A stretch of DNA of 64,000 nucleotides, from NCBI GenBank assembly GCA_913051775.1, contig CAJXCL010000005.1, positions 5,499 to 69,498 on the forward strand. Reading direction: 5' to 3'. Each line of letters begins with the position of its first letter. Position 1 is the stretch's first letter. Under the pieces are notes generated by a model. The model was not told where the DNA came from and ran no database searches. It worked only from the letters and a program-made list of their open reading frames with translations. The position numbers and the translations under genes were made by a program. The DNA comes from an uncultured Nitrospirota bacterium (GTDB lineage Bacteria > Nitrospinota > Nitrospinia > CAJXCL01). Below are positions 8,494 through 18,366 of this stretch, in pieces.

Positions 8494-9834
8494 TCAGACG
8501 CGGGGCATATTCCGAAGTATTCTAAGGTAGTTTAGTTTCTCAGGAATTTTATCATCTTCACAATAATTATTTTCCGCCAAAATTTTAAGATCGTCTAAAA
8601 CCTGCCTATCCCCCTCAAAAATTACTTTTTCATAACCTTTGTCCGAGATAAGACCTGCTGCCATCAAAAGATTGATCACTGATTTGGCATTAAAACGCTG
8701 ACTCTCCACAATCATCTCCACATCAGTTCCGTGTTCATTAACAATCAATGAAACGTAAGTTGAAGGTTTCGCGTGAAATCCCAGAGGTTTGGGAACAGGA
8801 AGTTCATACTGGACTTTTTCAACGTAGGCAGTCATGATGTCTTCTGCCAGTGCGTTTCCTTTTTGCATATAGTAATTGCTGTAATAAAAACAAAAATTTA
8901 TAATCTTGTCCAATACCTCTTTTCTATCAACTACCGCTGCTATCTTTTCAGAAGCGCTGTTAGGATTAGTATCGCTCTCATGGCGTTCATAAAAATGAGA
9001 TAGCCATCTCGCAGCTTCTAATAAGTGAAGGGGAATAGATGTAGCCCTTCTGAGGTCACTGAGTTTGGAATTTTCACGTTCCATAACCGTATTTTTTACA
9101 TAAGTATCGTAATCGGACTGTACGCCATGAATAATTGTTTTTAGTTTTCTTGCCTTTTTTTCATTTATCTTTAAAGGCACAAGTTCGAATAATTCCTCGG
9201 AAGAAAATTTACACCCCAGATTTTCTTCTCGACACATTTTAGCTACCTTCCTTACTTTCCGGGCTAACGATAATATCCTTTCTTTTTCTCCATCTACTTT
9301 TTTAAACTCAAAATCAACTGGAAGTGGTTGAGTAGCTTCAATATCACTATATTCTTTTTCAGGAGGGACAATTTCTTTTACAGGGATCCTGAGCTCTTTT
9401 GCTTCTTCAAGACAAGCGATGAAAAGCTTTTTTATAAACTCATTTACAAACTCCAATGTTTGGCCGGTATCCACAATAAAATCAGAAGAATCCTTTTCAA
9501 TTTCCTCAATTTTATAATGTTCATAGCGATAAAAGATGTGATGTAATAGGTAGGCTACAATTCCCAGGTTTCTCATGGACGCAATAAGTTCCGAAAAATA
9601 AAACCATTTTTTATTTAGCCGCGCACCATGGTCATCTAAAAAACTTTCAAAAGATTGAAGCTGTTGAATGAATATCCCGAATAATTTCTTGCTTGAACGA
9701 AAACATTCTCCAGTCCAGTAGTAATAAAGAGGGAATAAATCTTCACCTGCTATTCCCACTAATTCTGTAAAGTTGACGCTATTGTCCTGGTTATTATTTT
9801 TTTTTTTGGAATTCATAATAGTAAAAACTTGCAA
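8494..9834 (-). CDS. Hypothetical protein: uncharacterised ~350-aa N-terminal region fused to a C-terminal HPr-like (PTS phosphocarrier) domain
   Basis: C-terminal 85 aa, LGFHAKPSTYVSLIV...RFNAKSVINLLMAAGLISDKGYEKVIFEGDRQVLDDLKILAE, aligns with HPr: GLH(T/A)RPA with His15, AKS with Ser46, and EGEDE...L.KLMAE. I recognise no family for the N-terminal part. Confidence 0.7.
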   Translation of the reverse strand: MQVFTIMNSKKKNNNQDNSVNFTELVGIAGEDLFPLYYYWTGECFRSSKKLFGIFIQQLQSFESFLDDHGARLNKKWFYFSELIASMRNLGIVAYLLHHIFYRYEHYKIEEIEKDSSDFIVDTGQTLEFVNEFIKKLFIACLEEAKELRIPVKEIVPPEKEYSDIEATQPLPVDFEFKKVDGEKERILSLARKVRKVAKMCREENLGCKFSSEELFELVPLKINEKKARKLKTIIHGVQSDYDTYVKNTVMERENSKLSDLRRATSIPLHLLEAARWLSHFYERHESDTNPNSASEKIAAVVDRKEVLDKIINFCFYYSNYYMQKGNALAEDIMTAYVEKVQYELPVPKPLGFHAKPSTYVSLIVNEHGTDVEMIVESQRFNAKSVINLLMAAGLISDKGYEKVIFEGDRQVLDDLKILAENNYCEDDKIPEKLNYLRILRNMPRV

Positions 9835-10031
9835 CAGTTTACAGGAGACAGGTAGCGTGACAAATTATGCATTACGGATTACATATTTTTAATTTTTAAT
9901 CAGGCTAAACCCTAATCCCCTGGCATCTGAGGATTTACTTTCACTCTACCCAACTGAAATTACGTTGTCAAGACGCTGTATTTGAGCTAACCCACAGCAA
10001 GACATGTAGGAATCTTTGCAATTTGACATTA

Positions 10032-11267
10032 TTAGATGAGATTATCAGCAACTAACAAAAAGAAGAAAAGCGATTTTTTTAACCTAATATCGGAAATCAA
10101 AAAACGTTTTACGTAATAGTACGAATCTACGAATTTATCTAAAGCATATTGCCAATACTTGAATGGAAATTCATTAGCGGTTTTGTAAACCAGGTATCCT
10201 GCAATTATTATAACAACAAAATTGGGAAGCCACATCGCTAAAAAGGGATGTAGGTTCCCAGTATCGCCTAAACTCTCTCCGAATAATAACAATATGTAAT
10301 AAAACACTATTACAAACAGGCTGATTGTAAAACTTCCTGATTTTCCGGAGCGGCTGCACTTCACTCCTAAAGGCGCTCCAATTAAACCAAAGATCAAGGC
10401 GGCAAAGGGGATAGAAAATTTTTTATGGAGTTCAACTAACTCACTGTAAAAGGTGATGCCGTCTTTTTTATGTCTTTCAATTTTCTCTTTTAGTTTTGCA
10501 ATAGAGAGCTCTCTATTACCTCTTAACAGCTTGCCTCCGATTTCTTCAGGCTTGGGAATTTCCATTTCAAGGATATATCGTTCAAATTTCAATGTATGAT
10601 AATTATTTTTATCTTTCCCAAGTCGGTGAATTGTTCCATTCGTTAAATTCATTTGAACAACAAATGCATTTTTGTCGGAAATAAACGAGCCTTTTTCAGC
10701 GTTAATAATTCTGTATTCGTTGTCTTTCGTGGTCTCTGATATAAAAATTCCTTTCATCAGAGGACTGTTCTCATCTTTTTTGTCTACATAAATGACCATA
10801 TTTTTAAAATCATTATTGAATAGTTTAGATTTAATTTCATAATTTGCTTGTGTTCGTAAAATCCGAAACAGCAATTCTCGAAATGCCTGATTCCCATTTG
10901 GCATACCATAGATCATCATAAATTCTGTCAGGATAAAAGCTAAAAGCGATAAAGCCATAACAGGAACCAGGAGTTGGTATAAACTAATCCCCCCTGCTTT
11001 TAAGGCCGTCATTTCAGAATCAGCGGAAATGCGGCTGAAAGTCACAACAGACGCTATTAAAACTCCTATGGGAATAGTTAAAACTAAAAAAGCTGGAGCA
11101 ATATAAATCACCATTTTAGTTACATTATAAAATGAAACCCCTTTGTTAATTATTACCTCTGTTAAGTAAAGCAGCTTATCGAGAAAAAGAGCGCCTGTCG
11201 TTGCCAGTATTGCAATGACAAAAACAAGAAACAACTCATAAAAAATATATCTGTTAATTTTGTTCAT
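10032..11267 (-). CDS. LptF/LptG-family LPS export permease
   Basis: YjgP/YjgQ topology and motifs (IYIAPAFLVLTIPIGVLIASVVTFSRISADSEMTALKAGGIS). Confidence 0.8.
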   Translation of the reverse strand: MNKINRYIFYELFLVFVIAILATTGALFLDKLLYLTEVIINKGVSFYNVTKMVIYIAPAFLVLTIPIGVLIASVVTFSRISADSEMTALKAGGISLYQLLVPVMALSLLAFILTEFMMIYGMPNGNQAFRELLFRILRTQANYEIKSKLFNNDFKNMVIYVDKKDENSPLMKGIFISETTKDNEYRIINAEKGSFISDKNAFVVQMNLTNGTIHRLGKDKNNYHTLKFERYILEMEIPKPEEIGGKLLRGNRELSIAKLKEKIERHKKDGITFYSELVELHKKFSIPFAALIFGLIGAPLGVKCSRSGKSGSFTISLFVIVFYYILLLFGESLGDTGNLHPFLAMWLPNFVVIIIAGYLVYKTANEFPFKYWQYALDKFVDSYYYVKRFLISDIRLKKSLFFFLLVADNLI

Positions 11268-13417
11268 AAAATTTTAAGGTCGGCGTACTTGGATTTAAGT
11301 TTTTTCTTTCCTGCTCCTTTAAAAAATACACTAAGTATCTCCTCATCATTACTGCCATTTACGTCCAAAATAATCCCGTTCCCAAAGGTCGAATGAGCCA
11401 CCTTGGTTCCAATGGAAAACTTACTGCCATCTATTTGTTGTCTAATTTTCCGAGGAAAGCGGTTATAAGTTAAAGATGAATGGTTGTATTGAGAGGGTGA
11501 TATTGTTTCTATAAGTTCGGCAGGGATATCTTCAATAAACTCGGAAGGCGGATTTGTCAGTTCCATGCCATAAATTTTTCTCGTCACCGCGTTCAGAAAA
11601 AAAAGCCGGTTTTTAGTACGCGTCATCCCCACGTAACAAAGCCTCCTTTCCTCTTCCATTTCCTCTTCGCAGCTCATGGACCTGATGTGTGGAAATATCC
11701 TTTCTTCCATGCCGGTGATAAACACAACAGGAAATTCAAGCCCTTTTGAATTATGCAAAGTCATCAGGGCTACCGAACCATGTTTATCATCAAAGCTATC
11801 TATGTCTGATACCAGTGCCGCCTGATCAAGAAAATTGCTGACAGAAACCCCGTCATTATTTTCTTCAAAACTTTTGGCAGCTGTAATTAATTCCTTCAAA
11901 TTTTCGATTCTGTTTCTTGCTTCAAAAGAATTTTCGTTCATTAATTTATCAACATAACCTGTTTCCGCCTGTATATACTTGATTACCTCGGAAACGCTAT
12001 TTCCTCCGGCAAATTCCCTCAACCTGCCTAAAAGACTGCAAAACTTTTCAACCCTATTTTTAACAGCGCCTGCAAAGGCTTTCGATTGTACCATCTCTCT
12101 CATGCCCTGGAACCGGGTGAGCTTTCTTTCACCGGCAAAATTATTTATCTTGTTCAAAGTGACCTTCCCGATACCATGGTTATTCGTATTAAAAATCCTG
12201 TTAAGGCCTACCGAATCGTCAGGATTAACAATAACGCGGCAATAAGCAATAACATCCTTAATTTCTTTCCGATCATAAAACTTAAGTCCGCCGATAACTT
12301 GATAAGGAATGCCTGATTTTCTTAAAGACTCTTCAATGACCCGTGATTGAGCATTTGTTCTGTAAAACACCGCGATATCGCTAAAGTTCGCTTTCCCCTT
12401 TCTTTGAAATTCCAGAGTCGTTCGGCTGATATAATCCCCCTCTTCTATTTCATTAAAAGCCCGGTAGTACGTGATCTTCTCTCCTGCACCATTATTCGTA
12501 AAGAGAATTTTCCCTTTTCTCTTCCTGTTTTTGCTTATTACATAGTTGGATGCTTCTAAAATAATTTTTGTGGATCTATAGTTTTCTTCCAGTTTAATAA
12601 TTTTTGTATTTTTAAAATTTTTTTCAAAGCTCAGGATATTTTCAATATCGGCTCCCCGCCACCGGTAAATTGACTGGTCTTCATCCCCCACCACACAGAT
12701 ATTCTGGTATTTTTTGGCCAGGAGGGAAATAAACAAGTACTGCAAATAATTAGTATCCTGATATTCATCGACTAAAATATATTGAAAACGATCTTGATAA
12801 TCCTCCAGCACATCAGGTTCAGACTTGAACAGTTTTACGGTTTTCAACAAGAGGTCGTCAAAATCCAGAGCGTTGTTTGCCTTCAATTTTTTCTGATAAA
12901 GAGGGAAAATTTTCCGAATTACATCATCATAGTCACTGGTTTCATCAATGGAATTATTATTGTCAGGTTCTATTTTCTCATTTTTTATCAGGCTGATTTT
13001 GTTGGCAATCCCCATTGGGGAATACTTTTCATCGCTTAAACCGGTTTCTCCAAGGCATTCTTTGATCAAGGCATTCTGGTCAATAGAATCATAAATAATA
13101 AAATCCTTTGAATAACCTAACCGGTCAATTTCCGTTCTTAAAATACGCACGCATGCGGAATGGAAAGTGGAAACCCAGGCATCAAGACTCTTATTACCAA
13201 GCAGGGATTCCATCCGCTGTTTCATTTCAGAAGAGGCTTTGTTGGTAAAGGTTAGGGCAAGGATGTTATGAGGGCTGACTTCACCTTCATTAATCAACCT
13301 GGCAACCCGGTAGGTGATCACCCTAGTTTTTCCGGAACCTGCTCCGGCAATAACCAAAAGCGGACCATTTTTATGCATTACAGCTTTTTGCTGTACCGGA
13401 TTTAAATTTTCAAGCAT
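11264..13417 (-). CDS. uvrD: ATP-dependent DNA helicase UvrD/PcrA family
   Basis: Helicase motifs I GAGSGKTRV, TFTNKAS, ILVDEYQDTN, and C-terminal UvrD domain. Confidence 0.9.
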   Translation of the reverse strand: MLENLNPVQQKAVMHKNGPLLVIAGAGSGKTRVITYRVARLINEGEVSPHNILALTFTNKASSEMKQRMESLLGNKSLDAWVSTFHSACVRILRTEIDRLGYSKDFIIYDSIDQNALIKECLGETGLSDEKYSPMGIANKISLIKNEKIEPDNNNSIDETSDYDDVIRKIFPLYQKKLKANNALDFDDLLLKTVKLFKSEPDVLEDYQDRFQYILVDEYQDTNYLQYLFISLLAKKYQNICVVGDEDQSIYRWRGADIENILSFEKNFKNTKIIKLEENYRSTKIILEASNYVISKNRKRKGKILFTNNGAGEKITYYRAFNEIEEGDYISRTTLEFQRKGKANFSDIAVFYRTNAQSRVIEESLRKSGIPYQVIGGLKFYDRKEIKDVIAYCRVIVNPDDSVGLNRIFNTNNHGIGKVTLNKINNFAGERKLTRFQGMREMVQSKAFAGAVKNRVEKFCSLLGRLREFAGGNSVSEVIKYIQAETGYVDKLMNENSFEARNRIENLKELITAAKSFEENNDGVSVSNFLDQAALVSDIDSFDDKHGSVALMTLHNSKGLEFPVVFITGMEERIFPHIRSMSCEEEMEEERRLCYVGMTRTKNRLFFLNAVTRKIYGMELTNPPSEFIEDIPAELIETISPSQYNHSSLTYNRFPRKIRQQIDGSKFSIGTKVAHSTFGNGIILDVNGSNDEEILSVFFKGAGKKKLKSKYADLKIL

Positions 13418-13478
13418 GATAAAATAAGAAAAGCATTTAGCAGTCAGTTATCAGCCTTCAGTCTCTTTCTTTCCTATC

Positions 13479-14276
13479 TTAAAATATAATAGGAGCCGGG
13501 ATAAAAGTTACCACAAAAATAGCAATTGAGATCAATCCTACTTTTTTATCTTGGCTGGTCAACGGGATTGATTCGTCTATTAACGGGGGGTGTCGAAACC
13601 CAAACACAGCTACAATAGCTGCCCAAATAAACCACCCTGGCCAGCTGAAATAACCTAACGGTATTAAAATAATAAAGGTGATTTTAGAAATAATTTGATA
13701 GTTTTTTTCAAACAGGGCATAAATAATATGCCCACCGTCCAATTGTCCGATAGGAAGCAGGTTTAAGGCCGTAATAAATAAACCAAACCAGCCAGCCATA
13801 GCAATAGGGTGCAAAACAATGTGCGCATTCTCCGGTGAAACGCCCAATACCATTTTTGTTAGAAAAGAAAGTGCTATTGAAGAACCATATGAGAATCCAT
13901 GTAGAAAATTGGGTTCTCCTATCTTAGATAATGTCAAACCTATGATGAGAGCGGGGATGCAAACCACAAACCCTGCGATGGGGCCGGCAGCGCCTATCTC
14001 CAGTAAAACACGACGGTTTGGAATAGGAGATCTCATTTTAATAAATGCTCCAAAGGTTCCGGCAATAAACGGGGGAGGTGCGGGTATGAAATAAGGCAGC
14101 GTGGCAGACACACCCCATTTCCGGGTCATTAGATAATGTCCCATTTCATGGGCGCCTAAAATTAAAATAAGGGTTACGCCAAAGGCCAGGCCACCAGCCC
14201 AAAAAGTAGTGATCAGGGTGGCTATAAGTAAAAAGAAATGGAGCAGCAATTGACGGCGAGGTATATGGCTAAACAT
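13479..14276 (-). CDS. Site-2 protease (peptidase M50) family membrane metalloprotease
   Basis: HEMGHYL zinc motif within multiple TM helices. Confidence 0.8.
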   Translation of the reverse strand: MFSHIPRRQLLLHFFLLIATLITTFWAGGLAFGVTLILILGAHEMGHYLMTRKWGVSATLPYFIPAPPPFIAGTFGAFIKMRSPIPNRRVLLEIGAAGPIAGFVVCIPALIIGLTLSKIGEPNFLHGFSYGSSIALSFLTKMVLGVSPENAHIVLHPIAMAGWFGLFITALNLLPIGQLDGGHIIYALFEKNYQIISKITFIILIPLGYFSWPGWFIWAAIVAVFGFRHPPLIDESIPLTSQDKKVGLISIAIFVVTFIPAPIIF

Positions 14277-14598
14277 TTAGGGTAAATTTAAGAGTGGTAA
14301 AACTTAAGTTATAAAAATTTAAATTAAGAAGGCTAAGTAGAAACTTTGTCAATTAGTGCATTGATTTTATTAAGTAATTTTGGATTTAAAAAAAATATAA
14401 TTGCTATACACGACTTATGATAACTAGAATAAGCTCTTTAAAGCAAGAGAAAAAACAGATAACTTTTCACCTTTTTGCTGCCAGAGTAATTTTTAAATAG
14501 AAGTTCCAGTCTGTTCTTGATTTTATCAATATCTCTGCTATTTTATCATTAGCTTATTTCATTTCTTTTAAAAAATTGGTCGTCCAATCCGGTAATTT

Positions 14599-16176
14599 AT
14601 GAATGATAACGAGCATGTGGCCCGTGCGACAGGTGCTGTAGGGGGGGCAACTTTTATCAGCCGAATCCTTGGATTTGTACGGGATATGATCATTGCCAAC
14701 CTCTTTGGAACGAAAATGGCGGCTGATGCTTTTTTTGTTGCCTTTAGAATTCCCAATCTCCTCCGTAGACTTTTAGGTGAAGGATCCTTAGGCGCGGCTG
14801 TTGTCCCAGTCTTTACTGAATACCTGACTACAAAAGGCAAAGATGAGGCATGGAAGTTAGCAAATATTTTATTAAACACTTTTTTGTTAATTTTGTTTGT
14901 TACGATAATTTTAGGAATAATTTTATCTCCGGCCATCGTACGAGTTATTGCGCCCGGATTTCATGCTTCTGCTGAAAAGTTTAACCTGACAGTCAAACTT
15001 ACCCAACTCATGTTCCCTTATCTCTTGTTTGTAGGGATGGCGGCGTTAACAATGGGGATGCTGAATTCTCTCCGTGTTTTTTTTATTCCAGCAATTGGCC
15101 CTGTTTTTTTGAATATCAGCATGATTCTTGCCGCTATCTTCTTAGCTCCTCGCTTGGAACAACCCATTTTAGCCCTTACCGCTGGAGTTATCGCCGGAGG
15201 GTTACTGCAATTTTTTATCCAGGTACCCACGTTAATTAAAAAAGGGCTTCAATATAAGGCTACACTAAATTTTCATCACCCCGGACTTATAAAGATCGGA
15301 AAACTCATGCTTCCATCGCTTGTGGGATTGGCTGTTATGGAGATTAATATCTTTGTCGATACGCTGCTCGCATCGCTTCTGCCTGAAGGTTCTGTATCTT
15401 ATCTTTATTACGGCAACCGATTGGTCCAGTTTCCCCAGGGAATTTTTGCTGTAGCCTTGGGCGTGGCCATACTCCCGACCCTTTCACAGCAGGCAGCCCA
15501 AAATCAGATGGACAAGTTAAAAGATACCTTATCCTTTGGCATAAGGTTAGTGCTTTTCATAGCCATTCCGGCAACAGTTGGTTTAATTATTTTAAAAGAA
15601 TCCATTATCAATCTGCTTTTTGAGAGAGGAGAGTTTTCGCATCAATCCACTGTGGCTACAGCCCATGCTCTTTTTTATTATGCTGTAGGGTTGTGCGCTT
15701 TTTCAGGCGTTAAAGTAATTGTTCCTGCTTTCTATTCATTAAAAGACACCGTCACACCGGTTAAGGTAGCCGTCTATGCCATGATTACTAATATTCTCCT
15801 TAACCTCTTATTAATGGGTCCACTGCAACATGGTGGGTTAGCTCTGGCTACCTCTTTATCCTCTTTATTAAACGTTATGCTGCTGATTTTTATCCTTCGA
15901 AAAAAGATTGGTGGCATCAAGGGGAGAACAATACTCGTCTCCACAATCAAATTAGCCGTTACATCAATAATGATGGGTTTTATAATTTACTGGATTAATG
16001 CTGAATTTTATGACACGGGAGCGAATATTTTATTAAAGGCCGGAGTGCTTTTTGGAAACATTGTATTAGGAATGATTTTTTATTTTATCGTATCTTTTTT
16101 CTTAAAAGTAGAAGAAATGAAGTTTTTAATAAATCTTGTTAGAAATAGTTGCAATTCAAAGTCTCTCTCTTTATGA
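14599..16176 (+). CDS. murJ: Lipid II flippase MurJ
   Basis: SRILGFVRDMIIANLFG...AFRIPNLLRRL MurJ N-terminal signature; 525-aa polytopic protein. Confidence 0.9.
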   Translation: MNDNEHVARATGAVGGATFISRILGFVRDMIIANLFGTKMAADAFFVAFRIPNLLRRLLGEGSLGAAVVPVFTEYLTTKGKDEAWKLANILLNTFLLILFVTIILGIILSPAIVRVIAPGFHASAEKFNLTVKLTQLMFPYLLFVGMAALTMGMLNSLRVFFIPAIGPVFLNISMILAAIFLAPRLEQPILALTAGVIAGGLLQFFIQVPTLIKKGLQYKATLNFHHPGLIKIGKLMLPSLVGLAVMEINIFVDTLLASLLPEGSVSYLYYGNRLVQFPQGIFAVALGVAILPTLSQQAAQNQMDKLKDTLSFGIRLVLFIAIPATVGLIILKESIINLLFERGEFSHQSTVATAHALFYYAVGLCAFSGVKVIVPAFYSLKDTVTPVKVAVYAMITNILLNLLLMGPLQHGGLALATSLSSLLNVMLLIFILRKKIGGIKGRTILVSTIKLAVTSIMMGFIIYWINAEFYDTGANILLKAGVLFGNIVLGMIFYFIVSFFLKVEEMKFLINLVRNSCNSKSLSL

Positions 16177-16281
16177 TGGCTGAAAATGTTTTGTGAGCAC
16201 ATTCCCCATAGTTTGCTGCTGAGATTGCAAGTGAACTTAAAATAAAATTAAATTGAAATAATTTTCATCAAAGGAGAGAAC

Positions 16282-16710
16282 ATGTCGAAGGCAAAGGAAG
16301 GCGATAAAGTAAAGGTGCATTATAAAGGTTCTTTTAAGGATGGGAAAGTTTTTGACTCATCGGAAGGAAAGGACCCTCTTGAGTTCACTATTGGGCAGAA
16401 AATGGTTGTTCCGGGGTTTGAAAACGCAGTGGTTGGAATGGCTTCAGGAGAGAAAAAAAAAATCTCTATTCAGCCGAAAGAGGCTTATGGTGAATACAAG
16501 GAAGATCTTGTTGCGACTGTTGACAGGTCGGAAATACCAGACGATATAAAGCCGGAATTGGGTATGATGCTTAAAGTTAAGCCAGAACCGGGAAGACCAA
16601 CTGCTGTTACTGTAAAAGAACTTAATGAAAAAACCTTAACCCTTGACGGCAACCATCCGTTTGCCGGAAAAGAACTTACCTTTGAGCTTAATCTAGTATC
16701 CATAGGTTAA
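16282..16710 (+). CDS. FKBP-type peptidyl-prolyl cis-trans isomerase (SlyD/FkpB-like)
   Basis: KVKVHYKGSFKDGKVFDSS...PLEFTIGQ..VPGFENAVVGM motifs. AAAGGAGAG RBS upstream. Confidence 0.85.
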   Translation: MSKAKEGDKVKVHYKGSFKDGKVFDSSEGKDPLEFTIGQKMVVPGFENAVVGMASGEKKKISIQPKEAYGEYKEDLVATVDRSEIPDDIKPELGMMLKVKPEPGRPTAVTVKELNEKTLTLDGNHPFAGKELTFELNLVSIG

Positions 16711-16806
16711 AATAGCTTCAGCATTGTTTCTGCCTGCTTTTATGTCTTTCCTTCCGATGCGCGTAAAAGCATTTCAATTTCAGAGCGGCTGCCCATTTGA
16801 TTGTTA

Positions 16807-16903
16807 GCCATCCATGGCCTCAACCCTTCGGGCGGCTTTCCTTCGGAGATTGCTCATTTCGCTTTTCTTTGCCTAACCGTGGTTGCGGCCCTGCCGCGCT
16901 GCG
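16807..16903 (+). repeat. Dispersed structured repeat family 1, copy A
   Basis: GCCATCCATGGCCTCAACCCTTCGGGCGGCTTTCCTTCGGAG...GTGGTTGCGGCCCTGCCGCGCTGCG shares 70-85% identity, in blocks, with copies at 26237, 26650(rc), 29797(rc), 42510 and 46005(rc). Confidence 0.7.
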
Positions 16904-16920
16904 ATAAATAATTATCTGTT

Positions 16921-17244
16921 TTATCTTATTAAATAATATGGTTCTTTAATGGATTCACCTTTGCATAGGGGGCATTTCCCGGGTTTACTTATTCTTTCCC
17001 TCTTTTTGAAGATAAAGCTGCATTTCTTGCAAGTGGCAGGGTCAACGACCATCTTAAGATTATCCCTTAATATTGATTTCTTAATATGTTCGAGGTGCGC
17101 GGAAACTTCTTTCTCAGAAATCCGGACATAGCCGGATATTTCCTTCACGGTCAGAGTCTGTTCCTTGAGAAAGGAAACAATTTCCTTTCTTGCGGTCTCA
17201 TGCCTTTCCGGGGGAATAAACGGTTTTTTCGGTTTCTGATTCAT
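16921..17244 (-). CDS. Small transcriptional regulator with HTH and C-terminal CxxC..CxxC zinc ribbon (COG3357-like)
   Basis: TARKEIVSFLKEQTLTVKEISGYVRISEKEVSAHLEHI followed by CKKC...CPLC. Flanked by related 25-bp direct repeats (16880-16905 and 17321-17347). Confidence 0.6.
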   Translation of the reverse strand: MNQKPKKPFIPPERHETARKEIVSFLKEQTLTVKEISGYVRISEKEVSAHLEHIKKSILRDNLKMVVDPATCKKCSFIFKKRERISKPGKCPLCKGESIKEPYYLIR

Positions 17245-17320
17245 CCATCATCTATATTCGTTCTCTTTGTGACTTCAGAGTTTTCTGTAACACAAAACTG
17301 ATCGGAGCGATAGCTCCATT

Positions 17321-17347
17321 TGGTTGCGGCCCCTGACCACGCTGCTG
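17321..17347 (+). repeat. Partial copy of family-1 repeat terminus (GGTTGCGGCCCCTGACCACGCTGCTG)
   Basis: Matches the 3' end of copy A (GGTTGCGGCCCTGCCGCGCTGCG) on the other side of the regulator gene. Confidence 0.5.
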
Positions 17348-17403
17348 TTAAATAGAAGCCATTGAAAGATCACAAAAAATCTGATAGCTGAATGCTGTTT
17401 CCT

Positions 17404-17865
17404 TTACTTCTTTTCCTCAAGCCAAACTCTCCATTCATTAATCAATCTTTTATCAAAACCTTTTGATTCAGCTAAATTAAAGAGTTTTAATGCTTCTTCA
17501 AAATTTTTCAAAAGCGCAATGGAGCTAGCTAAATTATATATGATTTTCGGGTCATTTTTATTAAGTTGATGAGCAATCGAGAAATATTTATTTGCATTCA
17601 GATTATCCTGCTTATTAAAGTATGCCGTCCCCAATTCATTAAAAAAATAGGCGCTTTTATTTTTTTTATCTTCCACGTAAGGGTTTAGAAGGTCTATAAC
17701 CTGTTGATGTTTTTGTTGAGCATTTAAATTTTCCGCTTTCCATGACAGGGCATTATAATCCACATCTGAATTATCAGCATACACATTTTGAGGTACCCCG
17801 GCTATTATAAAAAATAATCCCGTTACAAGTATGACGGTAGATATAGTATTAAATTTCCATTGCAT
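17404..17865 (-). CDS. Secreted TPR-repeat protein
   Basis: N-terminal signal peptide plus TPR-like helices (ELGTAYFNKQDNLNANKYFSIAHQL). Confidence 0.5.
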   Translation of the reverse strand: MQWKFNTISTVILVTGLFFIIAGVPQNVYADNSDVDYNALSWKAENLNAQQKHQQVIDLLNPYVEDKKNKSAYFFNELGTAYFNKQDNLNANKYFSIAHQLNKNDPKIIYNLASSIALLKNFEEALKLFNLAESKGFDKRLINEWRVWLEEKK

Positions 17866-17884
17866 AGATTTTTATTCTTAGTTG

Positions 17885-18175
17885 TTAGCAGTTCTCGACA
17901 ACTGATTTTGTTCCCTTAATTTGCATCTTCTTTACCAGCGCTTCTTTTTCTGTTCTGCTTAACCCTTTTATTTTGTTCTCTCTCCTGGTTGCTTCTGACC
18001 GGGAGCACAGGGATTCCTGATAGACCAAGTTCACCGGGCATCGGGTTCGGGTATATCGTGCGCCGAGCAGACCACTGTTGTTATGTTCATCAATGCGCCG
18101 CTCAACATCATTGGTGATACCGGTGTAAAAACTTTGATCGGAACATCTGACAATGTAAACATACCAGTTACTCAT
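17885..18175 (-). CDS. GIY-YIG nuclease family protein (UPF0213)
   Basis: WYVYIVRCSDQSFYTGITNDVERRIDEHN...ARYT motif. Confidence 0.8.
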   Translation of the reverse strand: MSNWYVYIVRCSDQSFYTGITNDVERRIDEHNNSGLLGARYTRTRCPVNLVYQESLCSRSEATRRENKIKGLSRTEKEALVKKMQIKGTKSVVENC

Positions 18176-18366
18176 AGTTTCTCAAGACGCGAACCACGCA
18201 TTACGCTTCTCGTACTTTAACGATTTAAAGACTATAGCTAAGTTTAAATAATCAACAATAATTGTCAATTATAAACTGTCTATTACCCAAATCCAAAAAA
18301 TTTTTAGTTTTGACAGTGTTTTAATTTTATGTTAGAAATTGGACACACATTTGCGGAGAGGAATTA

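Noticed and set aside
18205-18230. Shared TTTAACGATTTAAA 14-mer at 18214-18227 and 51461-51474
   Set aside because: Short AT-rich match in an AT-rich genome. Only two copies, so likely chance. Kept as a note only.
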